Shown one piece after another: positions 52,570 through 62,292 of a stretch of DNA of 64,000 bases. This DNA comes from an uncultured Chloroflexia bacterium (GTDB lineage Bacteria > Chloroflexota > Anaerolineae > B4-G1 > SLSP01): NCBI GenBank assembly GCA_963751345.1, contig CAVVUS010000022.1, forward strand, positions 162,970-226,969. The letters are read 5' to 3'. The stretch's first letter is position 1; every line of letters begins with the position of its first letter. The notes under the pieces were generated by a model. The model saw nothing but the letters and a program-made list of their open reading frames with translations, was not told the origin of the DNA and made no database searches. A program made the translations under genes and the position numbers.

Positions 52570-53079
52570 TTACACTCTTGTCGGGTCGTGACCCTTGAGA
52601 CGCCGGAACGGAAGGTCACCGCCGTGCCCACGTAGCCCTTCGACCTGCCCATCCTGGGCAAGCAAGGTCGTTTCCTCTGGGACGTCCGTGTCGCTCTCGA
52701 AGAAGAGGCTGTATCCATCGGGATCCTTTAGCCCGGTCACCCACATAGCGTTCCCGACAAACGGTTCCTTGGCCTCAATCCCACGGGCCGTGACCTCGCG
52801 GTAGATCGCCAGGGCGTCCTCACAGATAAAGTTGATGGAGACCCCCACGCCTAGCTTGTCCTCGGGCACCCACGTATGCGGGCCCTCTTTCCAGAACTCC
52901 TGCAACATCAGGGCTGCGCCACCGAGCTCCAACCAACACCAGCGGAGCTTGCCTTCGTCGATCCATTGCTTGGTCACGGCAAATCCAAGGCCTCCAACGT
53001 AATATCGCCTGGATGCCTCAATGTCAGACACTAAAAGAAGTGGCACGGCCTGCTGGACATTAGGCTTGGAGGTCATCAC
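52570..53079 (-). CDS. VOC/glyoxalase/bleomycin-resistance family protein
   Basis: AVPLLLVSDIEASRRYY..GLGF, LMLQE, KDPDGYSLFFES. Confidence 0.85.
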   Translation of the reverse strand: MMTSKPNVQQAVPLLLVSDIEASRRYYVGGLGFAVTKQWIDEGKLRWCWLELGGAALMLQEFWKEGPHTWVPEDKLGVGVSINFICEDALAIYREVTARGIEAKEPFVGNAMWVTGLKDPDGYSLFFESDTDVPEETTLLAQDGQVEGLRGHGGDLPFRRLKGHDPTRV

Positions 53080-53196
53080 CTGGTCTCCTTTCGTGACGCG
53101 GGCACCCTTGGCACCGTCAGATCTGTGACAGAATCATCGTATCAAGCCAGGGCGCACGCGGGATCTTGAAGAAGCCGTTAGGGTTGGGGCCCGTCA

Positions 53197-53901
53197 CTAC
53201 GTCGGGCTCAACACTTCACTTAGCTGCTTCCGAACGCCTTCCACGACCGGTTCGCCGTGGCCACAGCACAGCACCTGGATGGGGAGCTCACGCAGCTTCT
53301 GCGCCGACCGCCGCGCAGCGTCGGGGTCCACGCTGAATTGGGGAATGGAGAAGTTGAGCGCAGGCCGGGAGGCAAATCGGCGCGAGCTGACCAGCAGATC
53401 GCCGCTGAAGAGCACCCGCGCTTCGGGCTGGTAGAGGCAGATGCTGCCCGGCGTGTGTCCGGGGGTATGCAGGACCTGCAGCCCGCCCAGCGCCGCGAGC
53501 ACTTCGCCGTCATCGAGGGCCCGGGTCACCGTGCAGTGGGACGAGTGTCCCATCAGGATGTCCGAAAGCCCCATACTCGTGCGCTGAAACCACGACCGGT
53601 AGGGCAAAGACCGGGTCCCTTCCACGTAGGGCACGTCGTCACGGTGCGCCAGGACGTCGGCTCCACTCCACCTGGAAAGCTCGGCGGCCCCTCCGACGTG
53701 GTCGATGTGCCCGTGAGTGAGTACGATCGCTCGCAAATCGGATGGCGCGAACCCTTCCGCGCCCAATTGTGCCTCGATTCGCCGTGCTGCGCCGGGCATC
53801 CCACTGTCGATCAGGACCACGCCACCGTCGACTTCCAGAGCGTAGACATTGCCCCCCGACAGGCCCTCCAACATGAAGAGGCTCGGCGCGATGCGTCTCA
53901 T
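53197..53901 (-). CDS. Metallo-beta-lactamase fold hydrolase
   Basis: LTHGHIDHVGG, HTPGHTPGS, FSGD, CGHG. Confidence 0.9.
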   Translation of the reverse strand: MRRIAPSLFMLEGLSGGNVYALEVDGGVVLIDSGMPGAARRIEAQLGAEGFAPSDLRAIVLTHGHIDHVGGAAELSRWSGADVLAHRDDVPYVEGTRSLPYRSWFQRTSMGLSDILMGHSSHCTVTRALDDGEVLAALGGLQVLHTPGHTPGSICLYQPEARVLFSGDLLVSSRRFASRPALNFSIPQFSVDPDAARRSAQKLRELPIQVLCCGHGEPVVEGVRKQLSEVLSPT

Positions 53902-53962
53902 GTCCGCGCCCTGTTGCGTAGTTCTCTTGGACACGCACCCCGGCCAACCGTCATATCAGGGT

Positions 53963-54502
53963 TCACGACTTGTGCTCCCCTGATGTTCCTTTCTCACCGG
54001 GCACATACGGAATGAAACCTCTCCGGTACGCCTCCTCCTGTATCTCACGCGGCAGGTAACGCGCATCCAGGATCATGCCGTTCAGCGAGATCATCCAAGC
54101 CATCATGTTGTCATCCACCCGACTGGGCAGAGTCCAATCCGGGTCCATTGGCCCGATCTTCAGCAGGTCCCGGATTTCCTTGGACTTGGTGCCGATCGTG
54201 CTCTTCGCCCGCCCGAAAGCCTCCGCCAGGTCGTCGAAACTGGTGTGGGGCGTCACGCTCTTGTCAAAGAGGAAGTTGACAGTCGCCACAGCGTGGACAA
54301 TGCCGGCTGCCCACGTATTGGCGGCTCCCATCTGCAGGGGAGAGAGACGCTTGCGGCCCAATGTCGCGACCATCTGACGGCACACCTGCGCACACTCCTC
54401 GTCCAGATTCTGCTGACAGAATGCATCGGTCAGGGCCACGATCTCGTCGAATCGCGCCTGCATTTTGGCGGGTACGCTCTCGCTCGTGCTTCTCTTGGCC
54501 AC
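53963..54502 (-). CDS. Conserved hypothetical protein (DUF6398-like)
   Basis: LGRKR.SPL, WAAGIVHA..VNFLFDKS..PH, GMILDARYLPREIQEEAYRRG.IPY. Confidence 0.7.
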   Translation of the reverse strand: MAKRSTSESVPAKMQARFDEIVALTDAFCQQNLDEECAQVCRQMVATLGRKRLSPLQMGAANTWAAGIVHAVATVNFLFDKSVTPHTSFDDLAEAFGRAKSTIGTKSKEIRDLLKIGPMDPDWTLPSRVDDNMMAWMISLNGMILDARYLPREIQEEAYRRGFIPYVPGEKGTSGEHKS

Positions 54503-54650
54503 AATGACCTCCCGGAATCACTTGATTCGTCACCTCAATGCTCAGCCGAAATCGATGCTTGTGAGCGTATTGTGGCCGGATCTGGGCAACTGGCAAGATA
54601 GGTGCATGCATGCCTCCTGGAGGCAGCCAAGCCTCCCGCCGCCGGCCGCG

Positions 54651-55067
54651 TTAGTGCAGGACCAGCGGCAGGTAGACGGCAGCCGTCACCACCACCGTCC
54701 CCGCGTGTCCAGCGCTATCGGTGTAGGGATAGATCCCCGGCTGGATGAATTGGCGCCGATATACCTGCCCGGGTGGCAGGCGACCACTGTCCCATCCCAG
54801 GACGTCCAGCAGCGCATCCCTTTCACTCTTCACCTGTAGCAGCGGGTTCTCTCGATAGCCGGCGAGTGTGCCCACATCGACGTCCGGATCCAGAGTGGAT
54901 ATCCACTCCACCGTGCTTTCCACCGACACCGTGACGACGGAATGGCTCAGGCCATCCGGTTTTGCTCGCACCTGTGCCACCTGTCCGTCTGACCACGGGG
55001 TAAGAGGCACGTTCACGTGCACGAGTCCAAGGATCGCGGATAGTAAGAGCCGACGAACTCCGGACAT
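54651..55067 (-). CDS. Secreted cupredoxin-like protein with C-terminal VYLPLVLH tail
   Basis: WDSGRLPPGQVY...F.QPGIYPY plastocyanin-like pattern; GGAGGAAGG RBS. Confidence 0.65.
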   Translation of the reverse strand: MSGVRRLLLSAILGLVHVNVPLTPWSDGQVAQVRAKPDGLSHSVVTVSVESTVEWISTLDPDVDVGTLAGYRENPLLQVKSERDALLDVLGWDSGRLPPGQVYRRQFIQPGIYPYTDSAGHAGTVVVTAAVYLPLVLH

Positions 55068-55091
55068 GACCCACCTTCCTCCAACCGGTAC

Positions 55092-56714
55092 CTACCGAGA
55101 CCGCGTGACCAAAGGCACGTGGATAAGCCAGAAGGGCCAGAAGACCTGATTCGAGAGCGGGGACCAGAGCCCCGCGGCGTCCTGAGATCTCAGGGCGAAA
55201 TAGAGCGTGCTACCGGCATAGGGAACGTGTGCTATGTACGTGCCGGTGCTCGCCGGCAGCGCGTCCGTCAGCACGCTTGTGCTTCCCCAGGTGGCATCGG
55301 TGATGCGCGCGGCCGCGTACCGCACCGTCACCGTCATCGCGTCGGTGGGCGGCGTCCAGGAAAGTGTCGCGGTCAACGTCCCCGTGGCAGTGACCGCCGT
55401 GGTGATGCGAAGATCCGTCACCGGGTCGGGTGCACTGACCGCCTGTAGTGCCGCCAGGGCGTCGATGCGCCCGTAACCGTAGTCGGGATCCCATCCAGGC
55501 GCGCCGAGATCGACCGCGGTGGTCTCGATAACGCCCTGCACCTCGTCCGCGGTCAGCGTTGGGTCTTCGGACCAGACCAACGCTGCCAGGCCGGCGACGA
55601 GCGGGGCCGCCTGCGACGTCCCCCGCAGATAGTCGTAGTTCTTGAGAAAGCCCTCGTGGCTGGTCAGATAGCACGCGTAGGTGGGCATGGTGCTGTAGAT
55701 ACCGCGGGGGTCTGAGTAGTACTGCATATACCCGCCAGGGGCAGCAATGTCGCAGTGAGCCCCATATTGGGAATATGGAGCGTAGGTATCCGTGGACGTG
55801 GTCGCAGCAACGGCGAAGACGTGATCGAGCGCCGCGGGATAGCTGGTGGGGTTAGTGGGGCGCTCGTTTCCCATCGCGGCGATGACCAACCGTCCCGCCG
55901 CGTGTGCGCTGTCGATCGCGTCCTGCATCGCTTGGGAATAGCTGGGACCACCCAGACTCAGGTTCAGGACATCTGCACCGTGCTGCGTGGCCCAGATGAT
56001 GCCCGCAGTGATCTGCTCGTTGGTGCCGGACCCGGTTTCGCCAAGGACGCGCACGGGCATTATGCGCGCACCCCAATCCATCCCGGCGATGCCTGTGCCG
56101 TTGTTGGTCTGCGCGGCAGCGATTCCTGCAACATGAGTGCCGTGGCCATTAGTGTCGTGAGGATTCATGTCGTTGTCGACGAAGTCATAGCCCGCCACGA
56201 TCTTGGGTGCCAGATCAGGATGTGTTTCATCGATGCCGGTGTCCAGGATTGCGATGACGGTCGTAGCAGCGCCGGTCTGGAGGTTCCAGGCCCCGACCGA
56301 GTGTATGATCGTGTGGGCCCACTGCCTGCTGAAGAGAGGGTCGTCCGGCGTGCCGAACGCGCTGTAGATGTAGTTCGGCTCGGCATAGACGACGTCGGCA
56401 CGGGCCTCCAGACGTGCAGCGACCGACCGCTCCTGCCCCACCGGAACGCGCCATAGCTCGACGTCACTGCCGTAGAGCGTGCGCGCTCGCGTCGCGCCGA
56501 ACACCGCCGCCACCTGCGCCGTGGACGCCGAGACCGACGGCTCGAACCGGACCAGGATCTCGCCGGGTACCCAATCGCTCTCTGGGCCCTGTCCCTCGCC
56601 TTGCCGGGGGCACATCCGGCCGTGAGCATTGGCCGAACCGGCCACAGGGAGGCCCTGCAGCACCAGGGCCAGGAGCATCACCACCACCAGGAAGACTCGC
56701 CACCTATCACGCAT
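55092..56714 (-). CDS. S8 subtilisin-like (thermitase-type) serine protease with C-terminal FN3-like domain
   Basis: Signal peptide plus propeptide; ILDTG, HGTHVAG, AAMGN, GTSQAAP; ends IHVPLVTRSR. Confidence 0.93.
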   Translation of the reverse strand: MRDRWRVFLVVVMLLALVLQGLPVAGSANAHGRMCPRQGEGQGPESDWVPGEILVRFEPSVSASTAQVAAVFGATRARTLYGSDVELWRVPVGQERSVAARLEARADVVYAEPNYIYSAFGTPDDPLFSRQWAHTIIHSVGAWNLQTGAATTVIAILDTGIDETHPDLAPKIVAGYDFVDNDMNPHDTNGHGTHVAGIAAAQTNNGTGIAGMDWGARIMPVRVLGETGSGTNEQITAGIIWATQHGADVLNLSLGGPSYSQAMQDAIDSAHAAGRLVIAAMGNERPTNPTSYPAALDHVFAVAATTSTDTYAPYSQYGAHCDIAAPGGYMQYYSDPRGIYSTMPTYACYLTSHEGFLKNYDYLRGTSQAAPLVAGLAALVWSEDPTLTADEVQGVIETTAVDLGAPGWDPDYGYGRIDALAALQAVSAPDPVTDLRITTAVTATGTLTATLSWTPPTDAMTVTVRYAAARITDATWGSTSVLTDALPASTGTYIAHVPYAGSTLYFALRSQDAAGLWSPLSNQVFWPFWLIHVPLVTRSR

Positions 56715-56768
56715 CGTCAATTGCCTCCTCGGAATGAGTGTCGCTCTGTTGCCCACCTGTCCGTCGCA

Positions 56769-56921
56769 TCATTGCATCTGACGGAGCCAGACGAGCAGGC
56801 CCTCGCCATCTCGAAACGTATAGACTTCGTCGCTCGTGACAGCCGTCACCACACCGCGTAACGTATGGGGCTCATCGGTGTTCGCCAACAGCCGCAGGAT
56901 AAAGGTCTGGATCTTTCGCAC
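56769..56921 (-). CDS. 50-aa hypothetical protein (TFILRL..LRG....YTF..L..L)
   Basis: GGAGG RBS plus GTG at 56921; lies between the regulator and the protease. Confidence 0.6.
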   Translation of the reverse strand: MRKIQTFILRLLANTDEPHTLRGVVTAVTSDEVYTFRDGEGLLVWLRQMQ

Positions 56922-56968
56922 AGTGCCTCCGGGAACCAGCCGACATCCTTCACAGCGTAGCAGGACGA

Positions 56969-57027
56969 ACTGACACTCTACTGACATAAGCGACGTCCCC
57001 CGCGATGTGGGTCATCACGGGGGACGT
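56969..57027. promoter_or_regulatory. 11-bp-spaced heptamer direct repeat plus 15-bp inverted repeat
   Basis: ACTGACA at 56969 and 56980; ACGTCCCCCGCGATG-N5-CATCACGGGGGACGT with one mismatch. Confidence 0.5.
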
Positions 57028-57054
57028 GGAGAGAATCCGCCGGCGCACCTCGTA

Positions 57055-58974
57055 CTAAAGTAGTGAACGGTAGTAGTGCTGCAGATCAGCTTGAGGTGTG
57101 GTACCGATCTCGTCCCGCAGCCGTTGGGCCAGGTCGAGATAGAGGCGCAGGGCGCCGGCGCGGTCGTTCAGCGCAACACAGGCCTGCATCCCCAGCAACA
57201 CGGCCTCCTCCTGCCACGGCTCCATCTGAAGGGCGCGGCGGGAGGCATCCAGGGCAGCGACGGCATCGCCGGCTTCCAGCCTTTGCCGGGCCACGCCCAC
57301 CGCGGCACGGATCGCATGGTGGCGCAACCGCTCGCGGAGCGGCGCGGCCCAGTCGGCGTATCGGTCACCGGGCAGCAGGTCCCCCCGGTAGAGAGCCAGC
57401 GCCGCCTCCCAGGCCTCGCCCGCAATGTGCTGCTCGAAGGTCTCGAAGTCGACCGACGAGCCGGGCGGCAAGTACAACGTGACTTGCCCCTCCTCGACCG
57501 CCAGATAGCGTGAGGGGAACTTGTCAGGAAGGTCGGGCTCGAGCGCACGGCGTAAGGAGGAGGTCGCCTGGTGAAGGAGCGCCGATACCGAGCCGGGAGG
57601 CTTGTCGGGCCAGAGCGCTTCGGTCACCTGCTCGTGCAACAGCGAGTGTCCTCGGCTGACCAACAGCAGCCGGAAGAGATCCCCGGCCCGGCGCCGGCGC
57701 CACGCCCGCTCGTCGACAGGCCCGCCGCTCGACGAGACTGCGAACCGCCCGAGCGTCACGACCGACAATACCGGCGGGGGCACGTGCCCGAGATGCTCCA
57801 ACAACCTGGCAGAAAGCGCGGCCAAGTTGGGGTCCTCGCTGTTGAGGTAGGCTGCCAACAGGGGAAAGGCAAGCGACCGCTCTCGTTCCAGCAGAAAGGC
57901 ATAGCCTCCACCTGCAATGTGGGAGATGGTCTCCACCCAGGCGGACTCAGCTCGGGCAGACCCTTGCTCGTAGAGCAGCCCCGTCAACAGAAGATAGGCT
58001 CGCGCCAGATCAAAGCTCGCGTGCATCGGAAGCAGGAGCTCGATCGCGGCCCGCAGGTCGGCCTCCGCCTCCGCGTGATTGCCAAGGTGCCAGGCGGCTC
58101 GTCCGCGTTCGATGAGGGCCGAGCCCCGCAGGTCATAGGATCCCGCGCGTCGAGCGATGGTCAGCGCGTCATCCGCCCAGTCATATGCAGAAGGCGCATT
58201 ACCGGCAGAGCGATGATAGCGACTCAGCCCCAGTCGTAACTCGGCGCCCAGGCCTGGGTCACCCGTTGACTCGGCGATGGAACGCGCTCTTGCGTACAGC
58301 GATAGAGCCGCCTCAGGCTGCTCGCCGTCCTGGACAAGATCGCCGCGGAGGCAACACCAATAGCCTTCGGCAAGCGATCCCGGCTGAACCACCCGGCGCA
58401 TCTCCTCCGAGACAGCCAGGGCAAGCTCCCGCTGCCCCGTGACCCAGAGGACCCACCCTTTCGTAAGCAGGGGCAGCCAAATCTCCTCGGTCTTGCCGAG
58501 CTCCCCGGCAAGGCGAAGCGATTCCTCATCGGCAGCCAGCGCCAGATCGAACTGTCCTCGTGGGATGTAGACACACGCCGAGAGGCTGTGGAGGCATCTA
58601 TGGACGACGTAGCGGTAGGAGAGTTGGCGGCCCAGGTCCACCGCCTGGAGGTAGAATCCCTCGGCGGTCGCCAGGTCGCCGGCCTCGTGGGCGCAGTCCC
58701 CCAGAATGCGCAGTGCATCGGCGCGAGATCGGGCGTCCGGCGCAGCGTGGGTCAGCGCCTCCTCGGCCAGCGCCTGAGCCTGATCATAGTGCCCCAGGTG
58801 GTCCAGGATGTAGGCGACGCACACCATGGCCACCGCAATTGTCGCGGGATCGCCACCACGCTCGGCCTCGCCGAGCGCCTCCCTCGCCGTCCTGAGTGCC
58901 GCGCCGACGTCGCCGGACCGCTCCAGCGCGTAGCTTTCTTCGATCATCGCGGCAATGGCGGCATTGGGATTCAC
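57055..58974 (-). CDS. TPR + OmpR-type wHTH + BTAD (SARP-like) transcriptional regulator
   Basis: TPR repeats; TLGRFAV...W.RRRA..LF.LL; EALWPD; VDFETFE; ALYRGDLL; EPWQEEA; GTTP. Confidence 0.88.
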   Translation of the reverse strand: MNPNAAIAAMIEESYALERSGDVGAALRTAREALGEAERGGDPATIAVAMVCVAYILDHLGHYDQAQALAEEALTHAAPDARSRADALRILGDCAHEAGDLATAEGFYLQAVDLGRQLSYRYVVHRCLHSLSACVYIPRGQFDLALAADEESLRLAGELGKTEEIWLPLLTKGWVLWVTGQRELALAVSEEMRRVVQPGSLAEGYWCCLRGDLVQDGEQPEAALSLYARARSIAESTGDPGLGAELRLGLSRYHRSAGNAPSAYDWADDALTIARRAGSYDLRGSALIERGRAAWHLGNHAEAEADLRAAIELLLPMHASFDLARAYLLLTGLLYEQGSARAESAWVETISHIAGGGYAFLLERERSLAFPLLAAYLNSEDPNLAALSARLLEHLGHVPPPVLSVVTLGRFAVSSSGGPVDERAWRRRRAGDLFRLLLVSRGHSLLHEQVTEALWPDKPPGSVSALLHQATSSLRRALEPDLPDKFPSRYLAVEEGQVTLYLPPGSSVDFETFEQHIAGEAWEAALALYRGDLLPGDRYADWAAPLRERLRHHAIRAAVGVARQRLEAGDAVAALDASRRALQMEPWQEEAVLLGMQACVALNDRAGALRLYLDLAQRLRDEIGTTPQADLQHYYRSLL

Positions 58975-59110
58975 TGCGGGACACCCTATCGCGCGGTGGT
59001 CGGGACTATGAATGGAACGGTGGTCGATCAACTTACCCTGGCAGATGTTAGTCCGGAGGACCGAAAATCGCAAACGAGATCGGTTACAGCCGTCGTACGC
59101 TTCGAGCTAT

Positions 59111-60070
59111 CTATCCCAGGAGGGTCTGTGCTCGCTCCAGTGCCTGCGTCACGAACCACCGGTGCCGCACGCGCATATCGTGTTCCTTGGCCGGGTCCAG
59201 GCCCCACTCCGAGAGGTCGCCGGCCGGGCGGAGCGCGGCGCAGAGGTCCCAATACGGCAGGTGGGTGCAATCGACGGAGGGCATCGACGCCAGATAGCTC
59301 TGCGTAAAGCGATGCATCGCGTTGAGTCCGAAGGCCCACAGGATCTCCAGGCGGCTCTCGGCCAGGTCATAGAGCGGATCGCCCAGCCGGGCGTGCTCCC
59401 AGTCGATGATGGCCGCGAGCACGTCGTCCTGCCATAGCACGTTACCCGGCCAGAAATCGCCGTGCAGGAGGACCGACGGGTTGCACTGCGGCAGGGGCCA
59501 GAGCGCCTCCATCGCCTCCCGGACTTGCCCCTCGCTTAGCGAGTCGTCCAGCACCTCAGGGCGCCGACTCAGGCCACTGCCTTGACGCGGGAGGAAACGC
59601 AACGTCTCTTCCACACCCTCTGTCTTGTGGATGCGGACCAGGATCGCGGCAAGCCGGTCGGCCATGGCCGGCACATCCGGCGGGGAAAACTGCTGCTCGC
59701 CCTCGACGTACGCCAGGACCAGGTACGGCGTCGACAGGATCTCACCCGTCTCGTCAACGTGGAGAGGCTGCGGCACCGGCATACCGCCCGAATGCAAGGC
59801 CTTCAGGAGCTCGAATTCTTCCCTGGCGAGATGAGGACGCTTCCGGAGTTTCGCCGGCTCGTGCCGGCGCACGACCATGCGCCGGACCCCGCCGCCGGGC
59901 GTGGCGATCTCCAAGGCCGTCGTCTCGGCGGAGACCCCGCCGGTGAGTGCCCAGGCACGCAGCAGTTTGGCCCCGGGCTCGACGAAGCGGGCGATGAGAT
60001 CGAACACGTGACGCTGAGGATCCATTCGTGCCACGTCAGGCCCGATCAACTCAGACTGTGTATCCTGCAC
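59111..60070 (-). CDS. APH/choline kinase family phosphotransferase
   Basis: LTGGVS, LLHGDFWPGNVL, IIDWE, GDPLYDLA. Confidence 0.88.
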   Translation of the reverse strand: MQDTQSELIGPDVARMDPQRHVFDLIARFVEPGAKLLRAWALTGGVSAETTALEIATPGGGVRRMVVRRHEPAKLRKRPHLAREEFELLKALHSGGMPVPQPLHVDETGEILSTPYLVLAYVEGEQQFSPPDVPAMADRLAAILVRIHKTEGVEETLRFLPRQGSGLSRRPEVLDDSLSEGQVREAMEALWPLPQCNPSVLLHGDFWPGNVLWQDDVLAAIIDWEHARLGDPLYDLAESRLEILWAFGLNAMHRFTQSYLASMPSVDCTHLPYWDLCAALRPAGDLSEWGLDPAKEHDMRVRHRWFVTQALERAQTLLG

Positions 60071-60092
60071 GTCGCGACGCCGGAACGAGGCA

Positions 60093-61347
60093 TCACGGCA
60101 CGCTGCGAATCACTAGAGGTAGATAGACCCGGTCCCCCCACAGCCTCCCGTAAATCCCCCGATTGGAAGTACCGAAGACCTCGTTGTCATCGAAGGCCAC
60201 GAGGAAGTCACCGCCAGATCCCGAGACGGTTGCCGAATCAAAAACCTGCCCGCCACCGACGAAGACGGTATCGAGCAACGGCGTGCCGTCGAGTGCCAAC
60301 GTGCGGCCCTGGACCTGCATCATTGCCGGCGGGGTAACCACCGGCACCCAGGTCCACGTCACCAGGAACTGATCGCCGTATTCGCTGCCCGCCACGGAGG
60401 GACGGTATTCGCCCCAGGGCGTGTCTGCCAACGCAAGCCACGTGCCGGGCACGCCGTCCCACGACACAGCCCCTCTCCAGACGTCCCCATTCATCTCCCA
60501 AACGACCATATACTGCCCCTGGCCGGACACGGTTGGGATGGCCGCAACCGCCGGGTTCACTTCGTCGTTGCTGGCGTAATTGGCGATCGGGAAAGCATTG
60601 CCCAACACGTCGGCGCCACCGTTCATCTTGACGCGCCGCCCGTAGACGTCGATATCCCCAACAACCAGCTCCTGCCAAACCACGAGGAACTCGTCGCGTG
60701 AGCGATTGTAGGCCAGATCCGGCACCTCCGGCACCTTTACCGCATCATAGGCGCCGACCTCGAAGCTGCCGCTCAAAGCCCCGCTTCCGGAGGCACTGAT
60801 GGCTCGGATGCTGCTGCCGCCGTCCGAGTCCTGACGATAGCGGTAGACGATCAGATACTGAGCAGAGGTCGAGGCGTACGTCCACAGCCGGTTGGTCGAA
60901 ATAGTAGCCGTTCACACCGGGTGGCGGCGTGTAACCCGTAGCAATCGTGGTCACGCCACCCAGGTGCGCGCCGGCGGCCGAGAGACGCTGTCCCTGGACG
61001 CTATCACTGGTGCACCAGACCACCAGATACTCGTTGGTTGTGCTGTTATATGCCACGTCAGGATCGTCGCCACTGGCGCCGGGTGAGATCTGGAAGGCCG
61101 AACCCAGGAGTGTGCCGTCGGCATCGACACGTTGGCCCTCGATGCCGGCGCCCTCCCAGACCACCAAGTACTCGTCAAGTTGGCTGTTGTAGGCAGCAGC
61201 CGCTTCTACCTCAGCCACGCTGGCGCTGTTGTGGATCGGGAATCGGTCGCCCCCAATCGGACTTCCTGCACGCGCCACATTCGGCACAGATAACACCATG
61301 ACACCCAGAACCAACAACGCCACCGCCCACTGCAGTCTCCGTGTCAT
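60093..61347 (-). CDS. Secreted repeat (beta-propeller-like) protein with C-terminal VYLPLVIR tail; frameshifted near 60780-60880
   Basis: Signal peptide; repeated P.VAYNS...EYLVVW...I.GQRV units. Confidence 0.78.
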
Positions 61348-61507
61348 ACCAGGACCTCCAAGTTCTCGTGTGGGAATCCGGTTTCACCATTGACAAGCGA
61401 GTCCTACGCCGAAGTGGCATACATCGGCATAGCTCCCATCCCTATGCCGACCGAAATCCAAATGCAAATCGTGACCTGGGGCTCAGCTGAATCTGATTCG
61501 TGGGAAC

Positions 61508-61596
61508 TGTCATCCTGAGCGGGCGCCCACGCAGTGGGCGCGCGAAGGATCTATGCCTACAGGACTAAGATTCTTCGCCTCCGGCTCAGAATGACA
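61508..61596. repeat. TGTCATCCTGAGC...GCTCAGAATGACA palindromic REP/MITE-like element
   Basis: Nested inverted repeats: TGTCATCCTGAGC/GCTCAGAATGACA, GCGAAGGATCT/AGATTCTTCGC, and internal hairpin GCGCCCAC-GCA-GTGGGCGC. Confidence 0.8.
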
Positions 61597-61782
61597 TTTG
61601 CTGCATTCAGCTTAACTGACGACTAGCTCTGTCTCTGCGCGCCGACGACGAACATCGTATCGTCAGGCTTGACGGGGTTCTCCGTGAATTTGCTGTTCAG
61701 CCGGACGTGTCACCCCGCAACAGGTCCCAACTTCGGGCCATCAGGCCAACGTACTCGACGTCCTGGTTACCCATCGGCCCTC

Positions 61783-62292
61783 TCACGCCGGAACGAGCTT
61801 AGATGCGACCTCATCCGCCCAGCCGCGAATCGCCTCCCAGTCGCGCAGGTCAGACGCCGGCATGGCCTTCATCGCCGGTATCGCACTGAAGGGGAAGCGG
61901 AGCGCCGCCGGGTCGAACTTGCCGCCGAACACTTCTATGGCGACCGGGGTAAGCCAGCCGAACTCCGTCAAGGCCTTGTCGAGATGCCCGCGTGCTCCCG
62001 CCCATTGTTCCTCATTGTCCTCCATAGGCCCCATGGCGAAGAGCGCGACAGGGCAGGCCTGCAGCGCATCGCGGTGCCGCGAGAGGAATCGACGCGCGTC
62101 CTTGTGCCACTTGAACATATAAAGTGCCCCGCCCAACACGACCGCATCGTAGCCCGCGAGACGACCCACGTCCCGCGCGGGCTTGCAGTCCACCTCGAAC
62201 CCTTGGCCGCGAAGCGTCTCCGCTATCGCGTCGGCAACTTCCTTGGTCGAACCATAGCGTGTCGCGTAAGCGACGAGAATCGACTTTGCCAT
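61783..62292 (-). CDS. Flavodoxin-domain protein (HemG-like)
   Basis: ILVAYATRYGSTKEVA, YDAVVLGG, DLRDWEAIRGWA. Confidence 0.88.
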   Translation of the reverse strand: MAKSILVAYATRYGSTKEVADAIAETLRGQGFEVDCKPARDVGRLAGYDAVVLGGALYMFKWHKDARRFLSRHRDALQACPVALFAMGPMEDNEEQWAGARGHLDKALTEFGWLTPVAIEVFGGKFDPAALRFPFSAIPAMKAMPASDLRDWEAIRGWADEVASKLVPA

